From an uncultured Bacteroidales bacterium (GTDB lineage Bacteria; Bacteroidota; Bacteroidia; Bacteroidales; CAZZDX01): DNA of 50,436 nucleotides. The position numbers and the translations under genes were made by a program. Each line of letters starts with the position of its first letter. Positions within the stretch are counted from its first letter, which is position 1. Below the pieces are notes generated by a model. The model was not told the origin of the DNA. It worked only from the letters and a program-made list of their open reading frames with translations, and made no database searches. Shown here in pieces: positions 41,586 through 50,436 of this stretch. Location: positions 1-50,436 of the forward strand of contig CAZOSY010000001.1 of the NCBI GenBank assembly GCA_964582565.1. The letters are read 5' to 3'.

Positions 41586-42776
41586 ATGGAAATAATAGAA
41601 GTAAGAGACAAAAAGACAGAAAAAAAGTTTCTTGATGTTGCCCGTATTATATATAAAGATGATAAGTTTTGGGTTTGTCCTTTAGACAGCCAGATAAATA
41701 GTATATTTAATCCAAATCAAAATATTTTTTTTAAAAACGGTGAAGCTATCAGATGGATAATGAAAGATGATAAAGGAAATTTGATAGGTCGTGTTGCTGC
41801 TTTTATAAACAAAAAAAAAGCTTATAACTTTGACCAGCCAACAGGAGGAATGGGTTTTTTTGAATGTGTTAATGATAAAACATTAGCATTTATGCTTTTT
41901 GACAGATGCAAAGAATGGTTGCAAAAAAGAGGAATGCAAGCAATGGATGGTCCTATTAATTTTGGAGAAAATCATATTTTCTGGGGATTACTTGTTGAAG
42001 GATTTACGCATCCCGGTGTAGGAATGCAATATAATCATTTATATTACAAAGATTTTTTTGAAGATTATGGTTTTAAATTTTATTTTGAGCAAATCACCAA
42101 TCATCTTGACTTAAAAAAGAAATTTCCTGAAAGATTTTGGAAAATTGCTGAATGGATAGCTAACAAACCGGAATTTGAATTTAAACATTTAAACTTAAAA
42201 AAAACTGATGAGTTTATTGATGATTTAAAAAAAATTTATGATGAAGCATGGAAATTTTATGAAAACTTTGTGCCAATAAATAAAGAAGACTTGAAAGAGA
42301 TGGTAAATGAGTTAAACTCTATTATTGAAGAAGAATTTATTTGGTTTGCATATCATAATAATCAGCCCATAGCATTTTTTATTATGTTTCCTGATGTAAA
42401 TCAAATATTAAAACATTTTAATGGGAAAATGAACCTCTGTAATAAACTGAAATTTTTATACCTTAAACATAAAAAAACTATAACAAGAGCAAGGATTGTA
42501 ATTATGGGTGTTGTCCCTAAATATCAAAAATCAGGCATAGAATCAGCTATCTTTTGGAATCTTGATAAAAAGATGAAAAAAAGACCTGAATATACAGAAT
42601 TAGAGCTATCATGGGTAGGTGATTTTAATCCAAAAATGAGGCAGTTACATCAATCTGTTGGAGCTATTTTTGCTAAAAGACATATTACTTATCGTAAATT
42701 ATTTAAAGATGATGCTAAATATCACAGGTCAACGATAATACCTATGGATACAAGAGAAAAATACTTAAAAAATTAA
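41586..42776 (+). CDS. conserved Bacteroidota protein, probably GNAT-fold acyltransferase-like
   Basis: Recognised only by overall resemblance to proteins I recall annotated as GNAT family. No catalytic motif was verified. Confidence 0.4.
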   Translation: MEIIEVRDKKTEKKFLDVARIIYKDDKFWVCPLDSQINSIFNPNQNIFFKNGEAIRWIMKDDKGNLIGRVAAFINKKKAYNFDQPTGGMGFFECVNDKTLAFMLFDRCKEWLQKRGMQAMDGPINFGENHIFWGLLVEGFTHPGVGMQYNHLYYKDFFEDYGFKFYFEQITNHLDLKKKFPERFWKIAEWIANKPEFEFKHLNLKKTDEFIDDLKKIYDEAWKFYENFVPINKEDLKEMVNELNSIIEEEFIWFAYHNNQPIAFFIMFPDVNQILKHFNGKMNLCNKLKFLYLKHKKTITRARIVIMGVVPKYQKSGIESAIFWNLDKKMKKRPEYTELELSWVGDFNPKMRQLHQSVGAIFAKRHITYRKLFKDDAKYHRSTIIPMDTREKYLKN

Positions 42777-42852
42777 TAAATTGCTGAAAATGATACTGAA
42801 ATGAGTTTGGCAATAGATAGATTCAGAATGATATAATTCAGTATATTTTTTT

Positions 42853-42860
42853 TATATTTG
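42853..42860 (+). promoter_or_regulatory. candidate -7 promoter element (TATATTTG)
   Basis: 30 nt upstream of the ATG at 42890. Confidence 0.35.
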
Positions 42861-42889
42861 AATAATATAATTTAAAAACAGTAAAATAT

Positions 42890-44386
42890 ATGTATTCTAA
42901 TTTAGATAAAAATTGGGAGAAACCTATCTCTATTGACACTCTGAAAATTTTAGATAAATTGTCAAACAGAGCTACTAATGTATGCAAAACAGCATCTTTA
43001 AATACATTAAACAAAATATTATCTTTTTATAAAAAAAATAAAACATTTAGAATAATTACAAATTGTGGGGAAAAAACCGACAAAGAACTAATAAGTTTAT
43101 CTGAAAAATATATAATAAATTTTATTGATATTAATATTTATTCTGATTTAGATAAAAATTTTGGAAAACCTATCTCTATTGACACTCTGAAAATTTTAGA
43201 TAAATTATCAAACAGAGCTACTAATGTCTGCAAAAAAGCATCTTTAAATACATTAAACAAAATTTTATTTTTTTATAAAAAAAATAAAACATTTAGAATA
43301 ATTACAAATTGTGGGAAAAAAACCGACAAAGAACTAATAAGTTTATCTATAAAATATATAAATAATCTTATTTTTGTTAATGATAATTATAAAGATATTA
43401 AAAATAATGATATAAATAATTTCTTTAAAATAAAAGAATTTGCTTATCACAATTTTAAAATAAAAAAAAATAAAATAAATTTTTATGAAAGTTTATTTTT
43501 TGAAAAAAAATTTCCTCTTTTTAAATTTATATTGTTACTTTTAAAAAAAGGCCTTTCAGAAAGAAATTTTTACATCTTTGAACATATAAGCAGATTATTT
43601 AAAAATGAAGCTAAATTATCACTTTATACAATTGGAAAAAAAGTTAACATCACAAAGGAAAGAGCAAGACAAATTAAAATTGAAACAATCTTAAAAATAG
43701 AAAAACCCTTAACAACTTTTTTTAAAAAAATGGACTTTTTAACTGATTATATAGACCTTAACATTGATTTTAAAACAAATTTACAAATTTTAAATCAGGA
43801 TTTTTTTTCAAACATCAACAATAAAAAAAATGTTAATTTTTCTTATGAATTTTATTCATTAGCAATTGCTTTAATATATAAAAAATCTCATCTTTCTTTA
43901 TGCTTAGAAAATAAGCAAAAAATATATATGATAAATAAAAAACTAACTAATCAATTTAATTTTTCTCTGCTGTTTGATGATCTTAATAACAAAAGAATTA
44001 AAAAAAGTTATATACAAAATTTTGATAAATATATAACAAATTGTTCGCATAAAACGGATAAAAATATTGACGATTATAATGAGATAAACAAAATAATTAA
44101 AAAAATTATAGCAGAATTTGAAAGTGTTGCATATCTGACAAAAGATAATAATAGAATAATTTTTAAAAGAAATCTACACAGAAAAAAATATGATTATGTA
44201 ATTGAAAAATTACTGGAATTTGACAGACCTATGAATAATTATGAATTATATAGAGAAATAAATATTACGAATCCCGGGATTTTTAAAAACAAAAAAGATA
44301 TGGTAGGAAGAAAGAGCTATTCTAAAGATGAGGTAATATGTTTTGGTAAAATAGGTAATTATGGGTTAAAAGATTGGTTGGATTGA
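42890..44386 (+). CDS. DNA-binding-type protein: two RpoA-alphaCTD-like HhH modules + sigma-70 region-4-like HTH + C-terminal HARE-HTH-like domain
   Basis: LSNRATNVCKxASLNTLNKIL..NCGxKTDKELISL occurs twice. TKERARQIKIETILKI resembles sigma region 4. The C-terminus (..PMNNYELYREI..GNYGLKDW) resembles HARE-HTH. Confidence 0.5.
   Translation: MYSNLDKNWEKPISIDTLKILDKLSNRATNVCKTASLNTLNKILSFYKKNKTFRIITNCGEKTDKELISLSEKYIINFIDINIYSDLDKNFGKPISIDTLKILDKLSNRATNVCKKASLNTLNKILFFYKKNKTFRIITNCGKKTDKELISLSIKYINNLIFVNDNYKDIKNNDINNFFKIKEFAYHNFKIKKNKINFYESLFFEKKFPLFKFILLLLKKGLSERNFYIFEHISRLFKNEAKLSLYTIGKKVNITKERARQIKIETILKIEKPLTTFFKKMDFLTDYIDLNIDFKTNLQILNQDFFSNINNKKNVNFSYEFYSLAIALIYKKSHLSLCLENKQKIYMINKKLTNQFNFSLLFDDLNNKRIKKSYIQNFDKYITNCSHKTDKNIDDYNEINKIIKKIIAEFESVAYLTKDNNRIIFKRNLHRKKYDYVIEKLLEFDRPMNNYELYREINITNPGIFKNKKDMVGRKSYSKDEVICFGKIGNYGLKDWLD
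42896..43368 (+). repeat. in-frame tandem duplication (period 246 bp = 82 codons) inside the CDS
   Basis: Units 42896-43123 and 43142-43368 are nearly identical at the nucleotide level. Confidence 0.9.
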
Positions 44387-44501
44387 AAAAGACAATAAAA
44401 AACCCTAAACAATAAAAGATATAGCAGAAAAGTTTTTAATGCAATATGATGAACTGAAATATATATGATATAGTAAAATTTGTATCTAAATACATCAACA
44501 T

Positions 44502-45182
44502 ATGAAATATAAAAACAAAATCATATCTATAATAATAATTCTATTACTAGTAGTTTATTCATGTGAAGAAAAATCCACTTTGCCTCCGATTGACCTTAAA
44601 TATGAATACTTCCCTGTAAATACAGGCAAATGGATAATATATGATGTGGATTCTATTAGTTATAACGATTTTACATTAGATACTGATACTTTTGTCTTCC
44701 AAATAAAAGAATATATAGAGTCATCTTTTATAGATAATTCTAATAAAAATACTCAAAGAATTGAAAGATACAAAAGAAATAATGATACTTTAAACTGGTC
44801 TATTAAAGATGTATGGTATTGTAATCTTAATAATACAACAGCTGAAAAAGTAGAAGAAGATGTAAGATTTGTAAAACTCGTATTTCCTGTAATTATAAGC
44901 AAAAAATGGGATGGAAATATCTATAATACTTATGAGTCCCAAACTTATAAATATATAGATGTTGATGTCCCTTATTCAATAAACGGAATAACTTTTGATT
45001 CTACCCTTACTGTTTTACAAAAAAATATAACAACGCTTATTAGCGAGGACTACTCAATAGAAGTATATGCCAAAAATACAGGTATGATTTATAAAAAATT
45101 TATTCACCTTGAAAAAGAAATTACAGGAGATATAAAAAAAGGTGTGGACTATTCATATACTATTAACTCTTATGGAAACTAA
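44502..45182 (+). CDS. lipoprotein of unknown function
   Basis: Signal peptide with a lipobox-like LLVVYSC. No recognisable domain. Confidence 0.55.
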   Translation: MKYKNKIISIIIILLLVVYSCEEKSTLPPIDLKYEYFPVNTGKWIIYDVDSISYNDFTLDTDTFVFQIKEYIESSFIDNSNKNTQRIERYKRNNDTLNWSIKDVWYCNLNNTTAEKVEEDVRFVKLVFPVIISKKWDGNIYNTYESQTYKYIDVDVPYSINGITFDSTLTVLQKNITTLISEDYSIEVYAKNTGMIYKKFIHLEKEITGDIKKGVDYSYTINSYGN

Positions 45183-45218
45183 ATAATTATATTATTGCCT
45201 TTCTTATTTTAACTAACC

Positions 45219-45249
45219 AAACCTTAAGGTCTTAAAGACCTTAAGGTTT
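45219..45249. repeat. perfect 15-bp-stem hairpin (aaaccttaaggtctt a aagaccttaaggttt), possible terminator
   Basis: Lies 37 nt after the stop at 45182. There is no T-run. It is followed by further nested palindromes up to about 45475. Confidence 0.4.
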
Positions 45250-45529
45250 AATTGATTAAATAGTGTCTGTCTATAATATCGGTATTTTTTTATTTCAGTT
45301 GTAAAATAAAACCATTAAAATGGTTACAAATTTTTGTAAATACTATTAACCCACGACTAAAGTCGTGGGTTAATGAGCCCCAATAATATAAAATAACCGT
45401 TTTAACGGTTTACCCTGTTGGATAATATCCTACGGGGTTTATATTTGACTTTAAAGACAGATACTAATTATAATTTTATTTTTTTTTGTTATAATAATTG
45501 ATACCAACATTTTTTTTATCATCTAACAT

Positions 45530-47242
45530 ATGCGAAAATATTTATTGCTCTTTGCTTTATTTTTTATAAACTATACTTGTATATCTCAAATAGCTCCATC
45601 AAAATATCTAATACAATTTACAGATAAAAACAATTCGTCTTATTCTATTGATAATCCTTCTGAATATTTATCCCAAAAAGCAATTTACAGAAGAGAAAAA
45701 CAAGGAATAAATATCCGTCAAAATGATTTGCCGGTAAACACGGAATATATTGACAGCATAAAAAATACAGGTGTAACTATCTTAAATAAATCTAAATGGT
45801 TTAATGCTGTTACAATATATACAACTGATTCTATTGCTCTTGAAAAAATCAACTCTTTTAGTTTTGTTCTCAAAATTTCAAAATTTCAAAAAATCATTAA
45901 TAAGACAAAAGAAAAATATTATACAAAAAAATTTCCTGCTGATTTCAAAATCATAAATACAACCAAAAAAAACCTATTAAACAAAAATGACAAAACTATA
46001 GGAGCAAATCAAGCATATAATTATGGTTATTCATATAATCAGATAAATATGATAGCAGGAAATTACATTCATAACTTTGGATATAAAGGAGAAGGAATGA
46101 CCATTGCTATACTTGACGCTGGTTTTTGGCATGTTGATTCTTTGCATGCTTTTGATAGTTTATGGAAAAATAATCAAATATTAGGTGTTCATGACTTTGT
46201 TGAACAAAATGGAAATGTTTTTGACAAACATTATCATGGAATGATGGTTCTTTCCTTAATGGGAGGAAATTATCCTTATAAAATAATAGGCACTGCACCA
46301 AAAGCAAACTTTTGGTTATTAAGAAGCGAAGATTCTAACTCAGAATATATTATTGAAGAAGATAACTGGGTAGCAGCAGCAGAATTTGCCGATAGTGCCG
46401 GAGCTGATATTATAAACTCATCTCTTGGATATACAATCTTTGACGATAGCTTACAAAATCATACTTATGCTGATATGAATGGAAATACTACCCGTATAAC
46501 TACTGGAGCTGATATTGCCGCAAGTAAAGGAATAATCGTTGTTAACAGTGCCGGTAACTCAGGCGACTCACAATGGAAATATATTGGAGCTCCTGCTGAC
46601 GGAGATAGTGTATTAACAGTTGGAGGCGTTGACAGCAATGGAATATATGCTGACTTCAGTTCTACAGGACCTACTTATGATGGAAGAATTAAACCTAACA
46701 TTGTAGCACAGGCAAAAGAAACTATTATTGCTTCACCTTTAGGAGATATATTGGCAGGAAACGGAACTTCTCTCTCTTCTCCAATAATAGCCGGAATGAC
46801 AGCTTGTCTGTGGCAGGCACATCCAGACCTGACAAATATGCAAATAATTAATGCTATAGAAAAAAGTAGTAGCCAGTATAATAATCCAAACTTCCTTATG
46901 GGATACGGCATCCCAAACTTTGCACTCGCTAATATGATTTTATCAGGATTTAATATTGATAATTTTGACTTCCAAAACTCAGCAGATATATTTCCAAACC
47001 CATTTATTAATACTATATATATTGTCATTTATTCAGAATATACACAGACAATAAATATTGAACTATACGATATTATAGGCAAAAAAATATATACAGAGGA
47101 AAAACTTTTGAAAATCAACGGATATAACTATATGTCAATCAACAACCTTGAACATCTGTCAAAAGGGATATATTTTTTAAAACTTTCTTCAGATAATAAA
47201 ACTATTATTAAAAAATTACTGAAGGTGGGTTATAAAAATTAA
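45530..47242 (+). CDS. subtilisin-like S8 serine peptidase with T9SS C-terminal sorting domain
   Basis: Catalytic triad contexts AILDAGF (Asp), HGMMVLS (His) and GTSLSSP (Ser). C-terminal domain IFPNPFINTIYI..GIYFLKLSSD. Confidence 0.9.
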   Translation: MRKYLLLFALFFINYTCISQIAPSKYLIQFTDKNNSSYSIDNPSEYLSQKAIYRREKQGINIRQNDLPVNTEYIDSIKNTGVTILNKSKWFNAVTIYTTDSIALEKINSFSFVLKISKFQKIINKTKEKYYTKKFPADFKIINTTKKNLLNKNDKTIGANQAYNYGYSYNQINMIAGNYIHNFGYKGEGMTIAILDAGFWHVDSLHAFDSLWKNNQILGVHDFVEQNGNVFDKHYHGMMVLSLMGGNYPYKIIGTAPKANFWLLRSEDSNSEYIIEEDNWVAAAEFADSAGADIINSSLGYTIFDDSLQNHTYADMNGNTTRITTGADIAASKGIIVVNSAGNSGDSQWKYIGAPADGDSVLTVGGVDSNGIYADFSSTGPTYDGRIKPNIVAQAKETIIASPLGDILAGNGTSLSSPIIAGMTACLWQAHPDLTNMQIINAIEKSSSQYNNPNFLMGYGIPNFALANMILSGFNIDNFDFQNSADIFPNPFINTIYIVIYSEYTQTINIELYDIIGKKIYTEEKLLKINGYNYMSINNLEHLSKGIYFLKLSSDNKTIIKKLLKVGYKN

Positions 47243-47264
47243 ATCTAACTGCCACTGCCTCTAT

Positions 47265-48005
47265 TTACATTCCTTTCATTAATTCATCTGTAATCTCTAA
47301 GTTATGATATACTTCCTGAACATCATCATCATCTTCAAAAATATCTATTAAGTTAAGAATTTTTTTAGCTGTTTCAGTATCTAATTTCACAGTATTTTTA
47401 GGTATTCTTTGTAAAGTTGCATTTTCAGGTTCAATATTCATTTGTTCAATTTTTTTCATCATTGAGCCAAAGTCCTCCATTTTAGTTGTTATAGTAAAGA
47501 ACTTGTCTTCAAGTTCAACATCTTCTGCTCCTTCATCAATTATTTCCAAAATAAAGTCATCTTCTTTTAAGTCATTTTGCGGTATGATAAATATGCCTTT
47601 TCTGTCAAACAAAAAGTTTAGAGAGCCATTTGTCCCGAGAGAGCCACCGTGTTTGTTAAAATAAGAACGTATATTACTTATTGTTCGTTGCTGATTATCT
47701 GTTGTAGATTCTACAAAAATAGCAATACCGCCAGGTCCGTGTCCTTCGTAGGTTGTTTCTATCAAAGCAGATGCATTTTTGTCTGATGCTTTATGAATAG
47801 CTCTTTGAATGTTATCTTTTGGCATATTACAACCTTTGGCATTTGATATAGATAAACGTAACCGTGGATTGGATGAAGGGTCAGGTCCTGATTCTCTGAC
47901 TGCAATAGTAATTTCTTTAATGATTTTAGAGAACATTTTTGATCTCTTGGCATCATTTGCTCCTTTTTTGTGTTTAATACTTGACCATTTATTGTGTCCT
48001 GACAT
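47265..48005 (-). CDS. yebC: YebC/PmpR-family transcriptional regulator
   Basis: MSGHNKWSSIKHKKGANDAKRSKMFSKIIKEITIAVR is the hallmark N-terminus. 246 aa. Confidence 0.92.
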   Translation of the reverse strand: MSGHNKWSSIKHKKGANDAKRSKMFSKIIKEITIAVRESGPDPSSNPRLRLSISNAKGCNMPKDNIQRAIHKASDKNASALIETTYEGHGPGGIAIFVESTTDNQQRTISNIRSYFNKHGGSLGTNGSLNFLFDRKGIFIIPQNDLKEDDFILEIIDEGAEDVELEDKFFTITTKMEDFGSMMKKIEQMNIEPENATLQRIPKNTVKLDTETAKKILNLIDIFEDDDDVQEVYHNLEITDELMKGM

Positions 48006-48593
48006 AGTTTTGTTTTTTTATTCCGATTTTATTGGAATTATTAATTTTAATATCATAAAATTAGATTTCAGATTACAAAGTTATAAAAAAATATTGGAAT
48101 TTGTAAAAAGGAATAATTTAATTAAAAATTTTATTTGCTAATTTTTAAGATAAATAAAATAAAATGGTTCTACTCTTTGAACCTGAATTAGCACCCACAC
48201 ATTTTTAACCTGAATAATTCACAAATTCATCCAAAAAGTTTGTAAATTATACATATTCAACAGATTAACAAAGTGATGATTAAAAAATAATTTTTAAAAA
48301 TAAATTTATTTTTAGACTTATTAAAATTTTAACTAAAATGTATATTATTTTTGGAAAATTTTTCTTATATTTTTTAATTTTGTTTTAATTAAAAAATCCC
48401 GAAAGGGATTTAATTTTCACCCCGTTAGATAATTAATAAATTAATGAAAAATAATGTTTTAAACTAAATATCTAACGGGGTAAATAACCAAATGTGAAAC
48501 CTATGGTTATAAACTAAGTAGTATTCATCTTCAATCCTAAAAGGATTGACTTGTATAGTAATAAAAAAATTGACTAAGGGATTCTAAACAAAA

Positions 48594-48727
48594 GATTCCT
48601 CACTGCGTTCGGAATGACAATTTTGGTTAATATATTATGGGGAAAGAGAGGCGTTTCGCCTAAAGCGAAACGCCTCTCTTTCCCACCTAAAAACAATTGA
48701 CTGTCATTCCGAACGCAGTGAGGAATC
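48594..48727. repeat. 134-bp palindromic element of the gattcctcac..cggaatgaca family with a GC-rich core hairpin
   Basis: Flanks: gattcctcactgcgttcggaatgaca ... tgtcattccgaacgcagtgaggaatc. Core: ggggaaagagaggcgtttcgc / gcgaaacgcctctctttccc. Confidence 0.75.
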
Positions 48728-48784
48728 TCAAGCTAAATTAAAATAGGCTAGCTGGTAAAATACTATTTTATATCAAGAAATATT

Positions 48785-50230
48785 TTACCAACCAACAAGT
48801 GTCAGTCCTGCAGTAAAAGGATACAGAGTTGGTGCTTCATGTTTTTTAAACAACTGATTTAAAGAATATGTTGCAAACAGATTAAATTTTCCCCACCCAA
48901 TACGGACACTGGCATCATATTTAAGAGGTGACAGATGAAAATCATCTTTGTCTTTTAGTTTGTATTTTTTATCTTTATCATCTTTATATACTTGTTTGGT
49001 ATGTGATGATATTCTTAAACCAGCAACAACACCTGCTGTAATATGAAAACTGTTTTTTTTGGATTTGCTGTTTGTCTGATATTCAAGCAATAAAGGAATT
49101 CTTAAATAATTAACCAGTAATTTACTTTTTATATAATCAAAAGAGCTTGTATCTTTATATCCATATACAAAAGTTGTGTCAGAGATTAATTTAATATCTT
49201 CGTCAAAACGATAATTATTTGATTGCCAGCCCAGACCTGTTATTAATCCAACATGATTTTTTAACAGAACAAAATTCTGTTCATAAAAATTGATGTTTAC
49301 ACATATAGATTTATTCATTTTAAGTTCAAGAAATTCATAATCTGTTGGTATATTTAGTTCGTTTTTGCTGTTTAAATAACCATTAATACCTAAATCAACA
49401 CCTGCCCAGTGACCGTTAAATTTTTTCTTTTTCTTTTTAGGTTTAATTTTATTAGCTTCAGTAATTACAAATTGTCTGTTACCGATTTTTAGTTTTATTG
49501 TATCATTTTTTAATGTATCATTATTAGCTTTTTCTAAAGAAGCCACGCCACTCAACTCAATATTTTTTTCTTTGGGTTCTTCTTTATAAGATATATTTCC
49601 TGCGCCGGATATTTTCCCTTCAACTTTTTCTTTTGCATCTATTTGGGCAGAACCGGCACCATTAACATCAATAAATGTTTTTTGTGTTAATAAATCATAA
49701 GCTTTAAGTTCACTTGCTCCACTGATTTCTGCATTATGAACATAAGCCGTTCCTGACAGAGCAACATTACTGGCTCCTGATATATCGGTAAATAGTTCTT
49801 TGACATTCAAATTAAGTGTGATATCTGTTGCTCCGCTTGATTGAATTTCTAATTTATCTGCTTTTATTTCAGATTCTCCTTTTATTGTTGAAACAGAACT
49901 TACTTTTATACTGTTTATATCTTTGCAGGTAACAAATATTTTTACAGGACTTTTTTTTGATTTGCCTGTAATTTTAAGAACATCATTCTTTACACTGGTT
50001 TTAATATCTTTTAAAATATTACTATCTGCCTGTATTTCTATAAGTTTCTCATTATCCTGATTTAATATTACTGTTAAATCGCCTGATATATCTATTTTAT
50101 TAAAATCAGGTAAAGAACGTTTTTGAATTGTAATGTTTTCGTTGTTTTCCTGAGCCAAAACAGATGAATTTATATTAAAAACGACTCCTAAAAATACGAT
50201 GACAGCCAAAAATTTGTTTATTTTTTTCAT
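48785..50230 (-). CDS. DUF2807 (GIN-type adhesin-head-like) domain + C-terminal outer-membrane beta-barrel protein
   Basis: Signal peptide. Repetitive beta-helix-like region (FNKIDISGDLTVIL..SGASNVALSG..SGASELKA). Lys8 linker. Alternating-hydrophobic C-terminal beta-strands ending ..LTLVGW. Confidence 0.55.
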   Translation of the reverse strand: MKKINKFLAVIVFLGVVFNINSSVLAQENNENITIQKRSLPDFNKIDISGDLTVILNQDNEKLIEIQADSNILKDIKTSVKNDVLKITGKSKKSPVKIFVTCKDINSIKVSSVSTIKGESEIKADKLEIQSSGATDITLNLNVKELFTDISGASNVALSGTAYVHNAEISGASELKAYDLLTQKTFIDVNGAGSAQIDAKEKVEGKISGAGNISYKEEPKEKNIELSGVASLEKANNDTLKNDTIKLKIGNRQFVITEANKIKPKKKKKKFNGHWAGVDLGINGYLNSKNELNIPTDYEFLELKMNKSICVNINFYEQNFVLLKNHVGLITGLGWQSNNYRFDEDIKLISDTTFVYGYKDTSSFDYIKSKLLVNYLRIPLLLEYQTNSKSKKNSFHITAGVVAGLRISSHTKQVYKDDKDKKYKLKDKDDFHLSPLKYDASVRIGWGKFNLFATYSLNQLFKKHEAPTLYPFTAGLTLVGW

Positions 50231-50322
50231 GATTATTTTTTTTTTATGATTAATAATTTGTTTTTGTGATATGACGGATTTATATGTTGATTTGTTACAG
50301 GGATAATTTTATAAAAAAAGTT

Positions 50323-50372
50323 ATTAGTGTCCGACTAAAAATGAAATTAGAATTTATAATAGTAGATTCCTC
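50323..50372. repeat. inverted partial copy of the outer layers of the 2521-2750 element
   Basis: attagtgtccgactaaaaatgaaattagaatttataatagtagattcctc is the reverse complement of 2700-2749 with about 3 mismatches. The element continues toward the window edge. Confidence 0.75.
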
Positions 50373-50436
50373 TCCGCCTGTGGCTCTTAGGTTTGCAAAT
50401 TAAATTTTAATAAATAATTATGATGATGTAAATTTT

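Noticed and set aside
1-50436. Search by eye for tRNA, rRNA, tmRNA, RNase P or riboswitch-like conserved cores in the GC-richer islands (for example 2620-2680, 31600-31660, 39860-39990 and 48640-48700).
   Set aside because: All of the GC-richer islands are simple perfect or imperfect hairpin cores of the palindromic repeat families. No cloverleaf-compatible T-loop or anticodon arrangement, and no known riboswitch core, was recognised. A covariance-model scan (Infernal/Rfam, tRNAscan-SE) would be needed for certainty.

Overview
Visibly AT-rich chromosomal segment. It looks like an anaerobic Bacteroidota/FCB-group organism: three proteins carry T9SS C-terminal sorting domains, several genes have TAnnTTTG -7 promoter motifs, and the intergenic space is crowded with palindromic repeats. 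Everything below comes from reading the sequence and ORF track by eye; no alignments or database searches were run.

Gene content, 5' to 3':
1. A [FeFe]-hydrogenase maturation set: a TM1266-like ACT regulator, hydG, hydF and hydE, followed by rex. No hydA is in the window.
2. A T9SS beta-propeller protein.
3. A translationally coupled 14-gene Mrp-Mbx-type membrane complex (8.05-19.1 kb) in the archaeal Mbx gene order. An ArsR regulator is embedded in it, the NuoD/MbxL-like subunit has no Ni-Fe cysteines, and the last gene fuses the NuoI/MbxN ferredoxin subunit to a GltD/SudA-type NAD(P)H flavoprotein.
4. A 392-bp gene-fragment duplication and a frameshifted T9SS gene.
5. gdhA.
6. A five-gene signalling-type cluster (22.0-31.2 kb): two paralogous double-REC + PEP/pyruvate-binding (PPDK_N ATP-grasp) proteins, a metallophosphoesterase, and a Pol-beta nucleotidyltransferase and a Crp/Fnr regulator that share one N-terminal sensor module.
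7. Envelope and housekeeping genes: CBM9/DUF5916-like outer-membrane protein, YD-repeat protein, class-III aminotransferase, two GT4 glycosyltransferases, LptF/G permease, S8 peptidase, YebC, and a DUF2807 + beta-barrel protein.

Almost every intergenic gap over 200 bp holds nested palindromic or MITE-like repeats. Several of them supply stop codons or sit in 5' leaders.

The two best candidates for undescribed biology are the NAD(P)H-module-fused Mbx-like complex and the REC-PPDK_N / NTase / phosphoesterase / Crp cluster. No rRNA, tRNA, CRISPR array, transposase or integrase was recognised.
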